A DNA stretch of 32,000 nt from an uncultured Clostridia bacterium (GTDB taxonomy: Bacteria > Bacillota > Clostridia > TANB77 > UBA1234). A program made the translations under genes and the position numbers. Shown piece after piece: positions 1 to 9,189 of the stretch (position 1 is the first letter of the stretch; the number at the start of each line of letters is the position of its first letter). The notes under the pieces are model-generated. The model was not told where the DNA came from and ran no database searches. It saw only the letters and a program-made list of their open reading frames with translations. The DNA is taken from NCBI GenBank assembly GCA_934169745.1, contig CAKPOE010000003.1, positions 101,857 to 133,856 of the forward strand, given 5' to 3'.

Positions 1-317
1 GTATCTAATGCCTTTGAAAATTCATTTTGAATGATAACAGAATTATCACAAAATTTTGCTTTCTCAACATTTTGTTTTACAATACCAATAGCTTCTTTAT
101 TGACGTCCACAAAATAAACTTTTTTAGCACCTCTACTTAAAGCTTCAATACCAATTGCTCCACTTCCTGCAAATAAATCAAGAAATATAGCATCACTAGT
201 TTTATTCGCTATAATATTAAACAATGCCTCTCTCACCATATCTCTTGTTGGTCTGGTAGAATCGCCATCAAGAGTTTTAAGAGAAAGCCCTCTTACTTTT
301 CCAGCCACTACTCGCAT
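1..317 (-). CDS. rsmD: 16S rRNA (guanine966-N2)-methyltransferase RsmD, C-terminus cut by window edge
   Basis: Not in ORF track because it runs off the window. Manual translation from the ATG at 315-317 gives MRVVAGKVRGLSLKTLDGDSTRPTRDMVREALFNIIANKTSDAIFLDLFAGSGAIGIEALSRGAKK..., with the SAM-binding DLFAGSGxxGxEAxSRGA motif typical of RsmD. Confidence 0.8.
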   Translation of the reverse strand, partial: MRVVAGKVRGLSLKTLDGDSTRPTRDMVREALFNIIANKTSDAIFLDLFAGSGAIGIEALSRGAKKVYFVDVNKEAIGIVKQNVEKAKFCDNSVIIQNEFSKALD

Positions 318-339
318 ATGAAACCTCTCTTATACCATT

Positions 340-367
340 ATTCTACAATAAAATTTAAAAATGTCAA
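340..367 (-). promoter_or_regulatory. Putative sigma-A promoter of rsmD (TTGACA, 16 nt spacer, TAGAAT)
   Basis: On the minus strand, TTGACA lies at 362-367 and TAGAAT at 340-345, about 20 nt upstream of the GAGAGG RBS and the ATG at 317. Confidence 0.4.
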
Positions 368-390
368 TATGTGTAACATAATTGTAATAT

Positions 391-1020
391 TTATTTAACA
401 AAGTGCTCTGTGAAAGACTTTCTATGTATCATGCACAAGCCATATTTTCCTATAGCTTCAACATGAGCCTTGGTTCCGTACCCTTTATGTTTAGCAAAGC
501 CATACATAGGAAAAATTTCATCATATTCACGCATCATTCTATCCCTTGTTACTTTTGCAACAATTGATGCAGCAGCAATAGATATGCTTAACGCATCGCC
601 CTTGATAATTGGCAAGTATGGTATTCCATCAGTATCAACTTTTTTCTCGGCATCAATCAAAATAAAATCTGGTTTTATTTTTAAGCCTTCAATTGCCGTC
701 TTCATTGCTCTTCTGGTAGCATTCAATATATTTATTTCATCAATAACATTGTTATCAACAACACCAACAGCCCATGCCAGAGCATTTTCCGTAATAACAT
801 CATATAACTTTTCACGTTTCTTCTCAGAAATCTTTTTCGAATCGTTAACACCTTCTAATAAGCATCCTTCTGGAAGAATAACTGCTCCAGCAACAACTGG
901 ACCTGCCAACGGCCCCCTTCCAGCCTCATCGATTCCACAGATACATTTATATCCCTTTGAATAATATTCTTTTTCAAATTTGCTCAATTCTTCTAGCCTT
1001 GCTCTTTCCTCATCCTTCAT
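391..1020 (-). CDS. rnhB: Ribonuclease HII
   Basis: ORF 391..1050. The likely start is MKDEERARLEEL at 1020, preceded by GAGGTG. It has the GIDEAGRGPLAGPVV catalytic N-terminal motif and the overall RNase HII pattern. Confidence 0.9.
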   Translation of the reverse strand: MKDEERARLEELSKFEKEYYSKGYKCICGIDEAGRGPLAGPVVAGAVILPEGCLLEGVNDSKKISEKKREKLYDVITENALAWAVGVVDNNVIDEINILNATRRAMKTAIEGLKIKPDFILIDAEKKVDTDGIPYLPIIKGDALSISIAAASIVAKVTRDRMMREYDEIFPMYGFAKHKGYGTKAHVEAIGKYGLCMIHRKSFTEHFVK

Positions 1021-1081
1021 AAAATTCACCTCTAAAAAATGATAACACAATGAAAAAAATAATGCAATGAACTTCTTTTAT

Positions 1082-1119
1082 ACAACAAAATTGGCTAGGT
1101 TCGCATTACACCTAGCCAA
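1082..1119 (-). terminator. Rho-independent terminator after the SSB-like gene
   Basis: A 10-bp stem, TTGGCTAGGT (1091-1100) pairing with ACCTAGCCAA (1110-1119), is followed on the minus strand by TTTTGTTGT. Confidence 0.65.
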
Positions 1120-1142
1120 TAGAGGATAAATATTATGAATCT

Positions 1143-1811
1143 TTAGGCTTTTTGTTCCTCAAGATCGCAATCTGTATTATTGTCGGCACTTTTATCAATT
1201 TCCATCTTTGAGATAGAAACTTCATAAGCTCTTCTTATCTCTGATGTGCCATCTTCAAATTTCTTTTCATATTGTCTACTTTGAATTCTTCCCCAAATCT
1301 TCACATTTTCGCCAATTCCTAAGTTTTGACAATATCTAGCATTTCTTCCCCATGCTATACATGGTATGTAATCTGATTTATTGTACGCCCTGTTAACAGC
1401 CAATAAAATATCTGCAATTTCTCTTCCAAATGGGGTAGTACGGTATATAGGCTTCTTACAAATAAATCCATTAAGCATTATTTCATTTGGATTTACATTA
1501 GCATCTTCTTCAGTTTGCTCACGAATTTCCTTTACAAACACTGTTAAAACAAGTTTGTTTTTCTCGTTTTCATAATTATTATATGAACGAAATTGTCCAT
1601 CAATAACAACCTTTTGACCCATTTTAAAATCTATCCCAGCTAATAATCTCTCTGAAACTGTAACCGGAATTATGTCAAAATTCTCACTTAATCTAGGAAC
1701 TTCCAAATTAAATGAATAAAATCCTTCTCCATAAACTTCATGACTAAATGTCTTTTCTGACACAACAGTACCAGCTAACTTAATTAAATTGTTATCTGAA
1801 TAGTTAACCAC
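1143..1811 (-). CDS. Single-stranded DNA-binding (SSB/OB-fold) family protein with two tandem OB-like halves
   Basis: 222-aa ORF with a GTG start at 1811, preceded by GAGGGGG. The C-terminal half (IPCIAWGRNARYCQNLGIGENVKIWGRIQSRQYE) resembles the SSB OB-fold core. The N-terminal half repeats the pattern (IPVTVSERLL...VVIDGQFRSYN). The tail is acidic but has no canonical DDDIPF tip. Confidence 0.6.
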   Translation of the reverse strand: MVNYSDNNLIKLAGTVVSEKTFSHEVYGEGFYSFNLEVPRLSENFDIIPVTVSERLLAGIDFKMGQKVVIDGQFRSYNNYENEKNKLVLTVFVKEIREQTEEDANVNPNEIMLNGFICKKPIYRTTPFGREIADILLAVNRAYNKSDYIPCIAWGRNARYCQNLGIGENVKIWGRIQSRQYEKKFEDGTSEIRRAYEVSISKMEIDKSADNNTDCDLEEQKA

Positions 1812-1955
1812 TTTATTATCCCCCTCATTTGCATTTTTCTCAAACTTCTATTGTATTTTATTCTCTATACTGTATAAATATTCCTAAGCACAGATATTAT
1901 TTTACCATAATTTTTCAAACTTGTCTACATAATTTTGAAAAAATGTCGACTAATT

Positions 1956-1997
1956 TCAAAAAGAAAAGGCACATAATTTTACGATTATGTGCCTTTT
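1956..1997 (-). terminator. Rho-independent terminator after the SLH-domain gene
   Basis: A 14-bp stem, AAAAGGCACATAAT (1964-1977) pairing with ATTATGTGCCTTTT (1984-1997), is followed on the minus strand by CTTTTTG. Confidence 0.7.
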
Positions 1998-2011
1998 AGC
2001 CTTAAATTGTT

Positions 2012-3316
2012 TTATTTTGCAACCTCATTTGCCAATTTTAATAAATCTGATGCTGACAAATATTGAAGAGCTCTTACTGCTATTTCTTTTGCTGAGCCTC
2101 CTTTTGTTCCGTCCATAATGTCATCATATTCATTTTCATCTCTACCCATCGCAGCAAGTACTTTTAGCCCAATTTGTTGAACTGTAGAATTGTTTTTGTA
2201 ATCACTTACTGTTGCCATTATTTTCTCATCGTCAAGCTCATTGATTATTGCTGTAACCTTTTCTTTAAGTGTAGTATCACTTATCTTATAATCTTCGAAA
2301 ATAGTTTTTCCATCTAATGATACAGTTAATTTATCACTCGTTGAAATGCTACCAGTATTGCTTGTTTTTTCAAATTTATACTTTCCTGTACTAGTTTCTG
2401 TTATAGCAATTTTATGAGTCTCTATTCTTACATAGCATCCGCCGCCACTGCTTGATGGTTTTTCCTCTTGTTTATTATCAGTTGCTACTGTTCCGTCTTC
2501 TTCAATTACTATTACATCTTTGTCAAGATCTGCATTTTTAGTAGAAACTTTTGAGCTGTCAACAGATGGAACAATATAAATGCTTGCAGCCACATTGTTT
2601 CCAGTAATTACAACGTCTTCAGCAGCAATAACTACGTTTCCATCAACATTTGACAAGTCATATGTTCCTGCTTCTCTAATTACTTTTGTAAAAGTTCTGT
2701 CTAAAACTTTAGCTGTTTCGGCTCTTGTGATATAACCAGTTGGATTAAGAGTTCCATCCTCATATCCATTTACAAATCCCATTCTAGTCATATATGCAGC
2801 AGCTTCTTTTGCCCAATCTGCCACGGTATTACCATCAGTATATGAATTCAAGCTTATCGTTCTGCCATCCTTAATAGCAAGCAAACGATAAATAATAGTC
2901 ATCGCTTCTTGTCTTGTGATTAAGTCCGTTGGTGCAAGTTCAGTTTCTGAACGACCGTTTATTATTCCCATATTTACAGCTTTTGCCAAACTATCATAAT
3001 ACCACGCATTCTTGTCAACATCAGAATACTTTGACAAATCAGCTTTTGCTGTTGGTACAAAAATTCTTTCAATCATTGCTATAAATTCTGCTCTAGTAAT
3101 TGAATTTGATGGCTTATAAGTGTTATCATCGTAACCATTTATAACCCCATCATTTTTCCATCTTTCAATAGACGACTTTGCCCAATGATTTGCTTCAACA
3201 TCTCCAAAAGTCATTGGGTTTGCTGAAATAAGCATAATGTCTTTTTCACTTGCAAGTGATGTTCCAACACTTGTAACTAATGTTACTGCAACTAATAACG
3301 ATACAATCTTCTTCAT
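2012..3316 (-). CDS. Secreted S-layer homology (SLH) domain protein
   Basis: Signal peptide MKKIVSLLVAVTLVTSVGTSLA, then three SLH repeats (FGDVEANHWAKSSIERW..., YSDVDKNAWYYDSLAKAV..., YTDGNTVADWAKEAAAYM...), each ending in an ITRAE/ITRQE motif. Confidence 0.85.
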   Translation of the reverse strand: MKKIVSLLVAVTLVTSVGTSLASEKDIMLISANPMTFGDVEANHWAKSSIERWKNDGVINGYDDNTYKPSNSITRAEFIAMIERIFVPTAKADLSKYSDVDKNAWYYDSLAKAVNMGIINGRSETELAPTDLITRQEAMTIIYRLLAIKDGRTISLNSYTDGNTVADWAKEAAAYMTRMGFVNGYEDGTLNPTGYITRAETAKVLDRTFTKVIREAGTYDLSNVDGNVVIAAEDVVITGNNVAASIYIVPSVDSSKVSTKNADLDKDVIVIEEDGTVATDNKQEEKPSSSGGGCYVRIETHKIAITETSTGKYKFEKTSNTGSISTSDKLTVSLDGKTIFEDYKISDTTLKEKVTAIINELDDEKIMATVSDYKNNSTVQQIGLKVLAAMGRDENEYDDIMDGTKGGSAKEIAVRALQYLSASDLLKLANEVAK

Positions 3317-3317
3317 T

Positions 3318-4145
3318 TTATTGCTCCTCCTTTTTATTATTCAACTTTCCTTTTAATTTTACCACTAAGAAAATAATAATCAATACAAAAATTATAATTA
3401 TTGCATTAAAAATTAAAATAAATTTTATAGATACTTTTTTTACTTCTTTCTTTACTAATTTTTTTAAATCTTCAAACTCTACATCTTCAAATTGTTCTTC
3501 AGAAAGATACTTAGAATAGTCTATTTCATCATCATACTTTTCAACTGTTGGTTCGACTGTTTTCTCTACCTCTTGAATCTCTATACTTTCTATATTCTTA
3601 TTTGTGTTTTCCTCAATGTTTGGTTTTGATTGATTCTTATTAATCTTAACTTCCTCATTTGTCTTTTCAGAGTTTTTCAATTCATTTTTTACTTTTTCTT
3701 CTTCTAATTTTTTTCTCTCTTCTTCAAGTTGCTTTTGCATTTCCTGTTCCAAAAGTTTTTGCTTCTCTAGTTCTTTAGCCTTCATCTCTTCTATGGTTGG
3801 TGCACTATCAGCAATAGCAACAGCCTTAGATACGATTTTCATTCCTTTCTTTATATCTGTCGATGAAACCTTTGTAATATCAGTAGTTCCAACTTCATTT
3901 GCAAAATCTACAGCCTCATTTATGTATCCCATTATCTTAGTACAATCTTCTTCTGTAAAATAATGTGTTCTTAAATAGTTTATACCTTTTATTCGTATGT
4001 CCTCCGGAAGCTTATATGGCTTTCCTGCAACATAATATGTACTGTTTATAGCAATTATCAACTCTTCTTTAGTCGTTGCATTACAAACTGTTCCACATGC
4101 CAAAAGAAATATTAACAAAAATAGCACTAACCTTATTTTAGCCAT
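3318..4145 (-). CDS. Hypothetical envelope protein: lipoprotein-type signal peptide, E/K-rich coiled-coil, C-terminal TM anchor
   Basis: ORF 3318..4151. The second ATG (4145, MAKIRLV) is properly spaced from AGGAGG. It has a lipobox-like LLAC, a long EEMKAKELEKQKLLEQEMQKQLEEERKKLEEEK segment and a C-terminal hydrophobic stretch IKFILIFNAIIIIFVLIIIFLVV. Confidence 0.6.
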   Translation of the reverse strand: MAKIRLVLFLLIFLLACGTVCNATTKEELIIAINSTYYVAGKPYKLPEDIRIKGINYLRTHYFTEEDCTKIMGYINEAVDFANEVGTTDITKVSSTDIKKGMKIVSKAVAIADSAPTIEEMKAKELEKQKLLEQEMQKQLEEERKKLEEEKVKNELKNSEKTNEEVKINKNQSKPNIEENTNKNIESIEIQEVEKTVEPTVEKYDDEIDYSKYLSEEQFEDVEFEDLKKLVKKEVKKVSIKFILIFNAIIIIFVLIIIFLVVKLKGKLNNKKEEQ

Positions 4146-4903
4146 AACCATCGCCTCCTAACATTACTTTGAGACGAATACTCTTTCTCAATTGTTTCAT
4201 CATTTATAATTCTTTTTGGATTATCTGTAGTAAGCGTGTTCACATATTCTTCATTACAAATTTTTTTGATTTTATTTAGCGCTTGCAAATATACATCATA
4301 AACTCTATGAGGAGAATGTGAATCACTCCCAAGAAGATCTACAAGTTTATCCTTTAATAATTTTTTCACAGTATTTTTAGCCTGACTGCCATACATACCC
4401 AAAATACTTCCAACATTTGATTGTAGCAAAGCACCCGCCTCTATAAGTTTCTTTGCGTATTCAACATCTTCCTGCACGCATCTATACCTTTCAGGATGTG
4501 CAATCACCGGTACATAACCCTTCTCTTTTAGTTGGAACAAAACATTCCACACATATAGCACTTCTTCCATCAGCGGTAACTCTATCAAAACATATCTGCT
4601 ATTGTTTAAAGTAAAAAGCTTTTTTTCGTTCAAATGTTTAATCAAGTCTGGAAAAATCATAACTTCATTTCCAACATATAAGTTAACCTCTAGCTTTTCT
4701 TCACTAATTCTGTTTTTAAGGATTTGAATAATACTCTCATATTCTTCTGTACTTGTATAATAGCCATCTTCCATATAATGAGATGTTAAAAACATTTCAT
4801 CTATTCCTATATTTTTAGCATTCTTAATCATAGCAATAGAAACATCTATATTTTGTGCACCATCATCAACAGTAGGTGCTATATGAGAATGTACATCTAT
4901 CAT
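4133..4903 (-). CDS. PHP-family protein-tyrosine phosphatase (CpsB/YwqE type)
   Basis: N-terminal MIDVHSHIAPTVDDG metal-binding motif and ...DSHSP near the C-terminus. It lies immediately downstream of the BY-kinase pair. Confidence 0.85.
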   Translation of the reverse strand: MIDVHSHIAPTVDDGAQNIDVSIAMIKNAKNIGIDEMFLTSHYMEDGYYTSTEEYESIIQILKNRISEEKLEVNLYVGNEVMIFPDLIKHLNEKKLFTLNNSRYVLIELPLMEEVLYVWNVLFQLKEKGYVPVIAHPERYRCVQEDVEYAKKLIEAGALLQSNVGSILGMYGSQAKNTVKKLLKDKLVDLLGSDSHSPHRVYDVYLQALNKIKKICNEEYVNTLTTDNPKRIINDETIEKEYSSQSNVRRRWLWLK

Positions 4904-4909
4904 AAAATT

Positions 4910-5599
4910 CTACTCCTCTGCTTTGTAATAAGAATAATATCTATAGCTTGAATATGAATGTGGTTTAATATTCATTTTATTTAAAACAACTCCACCTATT
5001 TTTCCACCAACATTTTCAATAGCTTTTTTTGTGTTTTTCAATTCATCTTTATGTGTTTCTTTGTACGACGAAACTATAATGGTGCTATCTGCATATCTTG
5101 CTAAGATAAGTCCGTCTGCCACAACCAAACATGGAGAACCGTCTAAAATAATCACATCAAAGCTCTTTTTACATTGTTCAACCAAGTTCTTCATACGTTC
5201 TGACGAAAGCAATTCAGAAGGATTTGGTGGAACATTTCCACTTGGCAATAAATACAAATTATCCACATTTGTTTTATTAAACAATTCATTCTCATTCCAT
5301 TCAACATCAGCCAAATAATTTGAAAGACCACATTTAGTATTTACTTCAAAAACATGATGTTGTCTTCCTCTTCTCATATCTGCATCAACAAGCAAAACCC
5401 TTTTTCCTTGCTGTGCAAACACAGTAGCTAAGTTTGCTGAAACAGTACTCTTTCCTTCTCCCATACATGAACTTGTAATCAATATAACTTTCAAATCAGC
5501 TCCCATTGAAGTGAACTGAATATTTGTACGCAATGTTCTGAACGCCTCTGAAATCTGAGATTTTGGTTCATCAAGTGTTATCACATTATTCTTTGACAT
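4910..5599 (-). CDS. Tyrosine-protein kinase, cytoplasmic ATPase subunit (BY-kinase, CpsD/YwqD type)
   Basis: Walker A SSCMGEGKST, Walker A' LLVDADMRR, Walker B VIILDGSP and a C-terminal Tyr cluster YSSYRYYSYY. The likely start is MSKNNV at 5599, after AGGAGG; the ORF track extends it to 5626. Confidence 0.85.
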   Translation of the reverse strand: MSKNNVITLDEPKSQISEAFRTLRTNIQFTSMGADLKVILITSSCMGEGKSTVSANLATVFAQQGKRVLLVDADMRRGRQHHVFEVNTKCGLSNYLADVEWNENELFNKTNVDNLYLLPSGNVPPNPSELLSSERMKNLVEQCKKSFDVIILDGSPCLVVADGLILARYADSTIIVSSYKETHKDELKNTKKAIENVGGKIGGVVLNKMNIKPHSYSSYRYYSYYKAEE

Positions 5600-6320
5600 T
5601 GTTCTTTTCCTCCTTCTGTCCATCAATCATCGGTATAACTGCTAATACAGGAACTTCTAACAATTTTTCAATTTCGTCCTTTGATTTAATTGTATTATCA
5701 AAATAGTATATCAAGAAAATAACAAGTGCTGTAAGAATAAATAAAGCCATTGCAAAAATGACAGCGTTTTTCGCATAATTTACGTTTACTGGATTTCTAT
5801 TAACTTCGGCCTCATCGATAATAGATACATTCTTTATATTATATATCTTAACGACTTCCTCTGAAAAAACATTTATCATCTCTGTAGCAATCTTAGCTGA
5901 AAGTTCTGGTTCTGTTGTTGTTATTGATAACTTAATAACATCTGTATCTTTAACAGATGAAACGTTAATGCATTTTTTGAATTCAGTATAATTCATGTTT
6001 AAAGATAGTTTTTCAATAACAGCCTTCGAAACCCTTCTGCTTTCCATGATTTCCCTATATGTAGAAATAAGATTTTGATTAAGAGTGATATCGGACTGAG
6101 TAATAGCTCCTTCAGGAGTATTGTATATACCTGTCGCTACTTCTGTTGTAGGTTTTGACAATATAAGTGTAACAGAAGAAGAATATTTAGGTTCTACCAT
6201 ATATCTTGTATACAACACACCCATAGCAGCTCCCCAAATCACAGCGATAATTAGCCAAATCTTTTTCTTCCAAAACACATAAAATAGTTCTAATAAGTCT
6301 AATTCTTCATCCATAAACAA
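5586..6320 (-). CDS. Polysaccharide chain-length determinant / BY-kinase transmembrane modulator (Wzz/CpsC/YwqC type)
   Basis: An N-terminal TM (IWLIIAVIWGAAMGVLY), an extracellular domain and a second TM (AVIFAMALFILTALVIFLIYYF). Its position directly upstream of the CpsD-like kinase, which it overlaps, fits this family. Confidence 0.8.
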   Translation of the reverse strand: MFMDEELDLLELFYVFWKKKIWLIIAVIWGAAMGVLYTRYMVEPKYSSSVTLILSKPTTEVATGIYNTPEGAITQSDITLNQNLISTYREIMESRRVSKAVIEKLSLNMNYTEFKKCINVSSVKDTDVIKLSITTTEPELSAKIATEMINVFSEEVVKIYNIKNVSIIDEAEVNRNPVNVNYAKNAVIFAMALFILTALVIFLIYYFDNTIKSKDEIEKLLEVPVLAVIPMIDGQKEEKNNVKE

Positions 6321-6365
6321 GATTCCCCTTTTATCAAATTTTTACAACAAAGTAATTATATTATA

Positions 6366-6399
6366 ACAAAAAAAAGAATACAACAAAAATGTATTCTTT
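6366..6399 (-). terminator. Rho-independent terminator after hicB
   Basis: Stem AAAGAATAC (6373-6381) pairing with GTATTCTTT (6391-6399), followed by a T-run on the minus strand. Confidence 0.55.
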
Positions 6400-6413
6400 T
6401 ATCAAAAATATAT

Positions 6414-6759
6414 TTAATTTTCTTCTGCTTCATATTTTTCAATCTCTTCTCTTACAGCATTTTCTATAAAATGATTTAATGATTCTCCGTTAATTGCAGA
6501 ATAAATACTTGCTTTCCTATGTAGCTCCGGAGCAATTCTAATATTAAATGACCCCTTATACTCTTTTTCCGGACTTATTCCGCACGTCTTCACAATATTT
6601 TAAATAATCGTCTATAGCATTTTTAAACTCTCTTTGCAAGTTTTTAACACTAGTTCCTTCAAACGTAATTGAAGTTTTGCTAAGTCCAATAACTTCTCCA
6701 TAAAAACATTCATCTTCTTCGGAATATGTAATCTTAGCATTATACCCTTCGCAAGACAT
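6414..6759 (-). CDS. hicB: HicB-family antitoxin, reading frame interrupted (+1 shift needed at CGG 6580-6582)
   Basis: The N-terminal part is ORF 6556..6771 (MSCEGYNAKITYSEEDECFYGEVIGL...YLKYCEDV). The +1 frame continues as GISPEKEYKGSFNIRIAPELHRKASIYSAINGESLNHFIENAVREEIEKYEAEEN, with its stop at 6414-6416; this is the canonical HicB C-terminal RHH-type segment. The span of 346 nt equals 3n+1. Confidence 0.8.
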
Positions 6760-6771
6760 TATACCATTCAA

Positions 6772-7032
6772 TCAAATCAACCTCCATTCACTTAAGCATG
6801 AAACCACAACATTTATCTGATATTGTTTTAACACTTCTATAGGATGCGGTTTATGCAAAAAAATTCTATAACCGTATCTCGAATTGTAAAACACCACTCT
6901 TGAACCAGATGTTTTTCCTTTATTATCTTCTTCAAAACCAAAAGACTGTAACAACTTTTTTAGTTCTTTATATGTAAAATCTTTTGGATTTGATAACAAT
7001 TTATTTAATAGTTTTTCATTCTTACTCAACAT
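6772..7032 (-). CDS. hicA: HicA-family mRNA interferase toxin
   Basis: MLSKNEKLLNKLLSNPKDFTYKELKKLLQSFGFEEDNKGKTSGSRVVF...HKPHP matches the Firmicute HicA pattern. The start at 7032 follows AAGGAG. The stop abuts hicB. Confidence 0.8.
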   Translation of the reverse strand: MLSKNEKLLNKLLSNPKDFTYKELKKLLQSFGFEEDNKGKTSGSRVVFYNSRYGYRIFLHKPHPIEVLKQYQINVVVSCLSEWRLI

Positions 7033-7077
7033 TATACTCCTTTTAATAATTTTTTGCAACTATTTTTTAGTTACTAC

Positions 7078-9123
7078 TTATAATTCTAATCTCTGATTAA
7101 ACAGCTTGTCTATTTTTTTCTTTAAAAGGACATTTTCATCAGCCACTAAATTCACATCTTTTTCAAGTATTTCATTTGCAGCGATTTGTGCCTGCTTTAA
7201 TATTCTCATGTCTGTAAATAAGTTCGCCACTTTGAATTCAGGAATACCATGCTGCTTAGTACCAAAGAAATCACCAGGTCCTCTTAATTCCAAATCTTTT
7301 TCAGATATCAAAAAGCCGTCATTTGTTTTTTGCATTATTGACATTCTCTCCTTTACAACTTTTGTATCCGCTTCGTATTTTAATATACAATAAGACTTAT
7401 TACTTCCCCTACCAACACGCCCTCTGAGCTGATGCAGTTGCGATAAACCAAATCGTTCAGCATTTTCTATAATCATCATTGTAGCATTTGGAACATCGAC
7501 ACCAACTTCGATAACTGTTGTCGAAATAATAAGATCTATTTCCTTATTCTTAAAAGCAGTCATTATCTCATCTTTTTCTTTTGGCTTCATTTTTCCATGA
7601 AGTATGCCTACATGAAAATCTTTAAATACCTCTTTGTAATATTCATAACGAGCCATTACGGACTTCAAATCCATTTGTTCTGAATCTTCAACAAGTGGGC
7701 AAACCACATATACTTGTCTACCATCTTTTAATTCTTTTTTAGCAAACTCATTTACTCTGTCTTCCATATTTTTGGTTACTGCATAAGTATCAATCTTCTG
7801 CCTTCCTGGAGGAAGTTCATCTATAACAGATATATCCAAATCCCCATATAGTATAATTGCAAGCGTACGCGGAATTGGTGTTGCAGTCATTACAATTGTG
7901 TCAACAGTCTCTCCTTTTGAAGATAACATACCTCTTTGTCTCACCCCAAATCTGTGTTGTTCATCGGTAATTACCAATCCTAAATTATTAAATTCTACAT
8001 CATCCACAATCAAAGCATGCGTTCCTATAACAACATCTATATCATGATTTCTTAACTGTTGTTTTATTGTCTCTTTCTGCTTTTTAGTAAATTCACTCGT
8101 AAGTAACGCACACCTTATTCCAAAAGGAGAAAGCATTCTCACAGCATTCTCGTAATGTTGTTTTGCAAGAATTGCAGTTGGAGCCATCATTGCCGACTGA
8201 TATCCATTCTTAAAAGCCTTATACATTGCTATCATGGCTACCACAGTTTTTCCAGAGCCAACATCTCCCTGCACAAGCCTATTCATCGCTCTACTAGAGT
8301 TCATGTCATTCTGTATTTCTTCCCAAACCCTTTTTTGAGCATTTGTAAGTGTATATGGTAAAGAATCAATCAATTCATCCACGCCGTCATCACTCGAAAA
8401 GCTTATTCCGCTTCTATCCGTGTCACCACCCTTTTTTAGTTGTAGTAAGCCAAGTTGCATTATTAGTAATTCTTCAAAAGCTATTCGCTTTCTTGCTTCC
8501 TCAAATTCAGACAGTTTCTGCGGAAAGTGTATTTTTTCTATTGCCTCATTTATTTCATAAAGTTGATATTTCTGCCTAAACTCTTCTGAAAATGGGTCTT
8601 CGATTTTACCCTTAACCGTTTTCATGGCATTTTCAATTATTCCTCTTATCACATTTTGCGTGATTCCTTGCGTAAGCGGATATATTGGTATAATTCTACC
8701 CGTATTTTTCGTCTCACCAACCTTATCAAATAAAGGTGACTGCATTTCTTTTCTTCCAAAGTTGCCACCAACTTTTCCAAAAAACACATATTCTTCTCCT
8801 GGCTTAAACGCATTTTTTAAGTATGTTTGATTAAACCAAACAAGAAGCATACTTCCTGTGTCATCACGTACAATAAGTTTATATATTGTCATTCCAGCTC
8901 TTATCCTACTTTCAGACATACGTGAAGCCACAGTGGCCTTAAAACTCGCATTTTCACCAATAGCAAGTTCTTCTATTTTCTTTATATTTCCCCTATCTTC
9001 ATATTCTCTTGGAAAATACGTAATAATATCCTCAAGCGTATATATTCCTAATTTATGCAATAAAGTAACCCTAGCAGGTCCAACGCCTTTTATGTATTGA
9101 ATATCTTGGTTAAACTCCTCCAT
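7078..9123 (-). CDS. recG: ATP-dependent DNA helicase RecG
   Basis: Wedge domain, helicase motifs GDVGSGKT (Walker A) and DEQHRFG, and a TRG-like C-terminus. The likely start is MEEFNQDIQY at 9123, after GGAGG. Confidence 0.93.
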   Translation of the reverse strand: MEEFNQDIQYIKGVGPARVTLLHKLGIYTLEDIITYFPREYEDRGNIKKIEELAIGENASFKATVASRMSESRIRAGMTIYKLIVRDDTGSMLLVWFNQTYLKNAFKPGEEYVFFGKVGGNFGRKEMQSPLFDKVGETKNTGRIIPIYPLTQGITQNVIRGIIENAMKTVKGKIEDPFSEEFRQKYQLYEINEAIEKIHFPQKLSEFEEARKRIAFEELLIMQLGLLQLKKGGDTDRSGISFSSDDGVDELIDSLPYTLTNAQKRVWEEIQNDMNSSRAMNRLVQGDVGSGKTVVAMIAMYKAFKNGYQSAMMAPTAILAKQHYENAVRMLSPFGIRCALLTSEFTKKQKETIKQQLRNHDIDVVIGTHALIVDDVEFNNLGLVITDEQHRFGVRQRGMLSSKGETVDTIVMTATPIPRTLAIILYGDLDISVIDELPPGRQKIDTYAVTKNMEDRVNEFAKKELKDGRQVYVVCPLVEDSEQMDLKSVMARYEYYKEVFKDFHVGILHGKMKPKEKDEIMTAFKNKEIDLIISTTVIEVGVDVPNATMMIIENAERFGLSQLHQLRGRVGRGSNKSYCILKYEADTKVVKERMSIMQKTNDGFLISEKDLELRGPGDFFGTKQHGIPEFKVANLFTDMRILKQAQIAANEILEKDVNLVADENVLLKKKIDKLFNQRLEL

Positions 9124-9189
9124 TATCCAACCTCCTATTGAAAGATTATCATAAACAAACGTTCCTGTCAAATATTTTTCAAAAAAAGG

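Noticed and set aside
470-964. 164-aa plus-strand ORF antisense to rnhB. Similar long antisense ORFs occur at 18107-18607 in rnr, at 7106-9100 in recG, and in the ATPase and wzx genes.
   Set aside because: These are shadow ORFs on the opposite strand of strongly supported genes. Their translations are low-complexity, with no RBS and no recognisable family.
3600-3800. Repetitive-looking E/K-rich stretch, checked as a possible tandem DNA repeat.
   Set aside because: It is compositional bias from a coiled-coil coding segment. I saw no exact nucleotide repeat unit.
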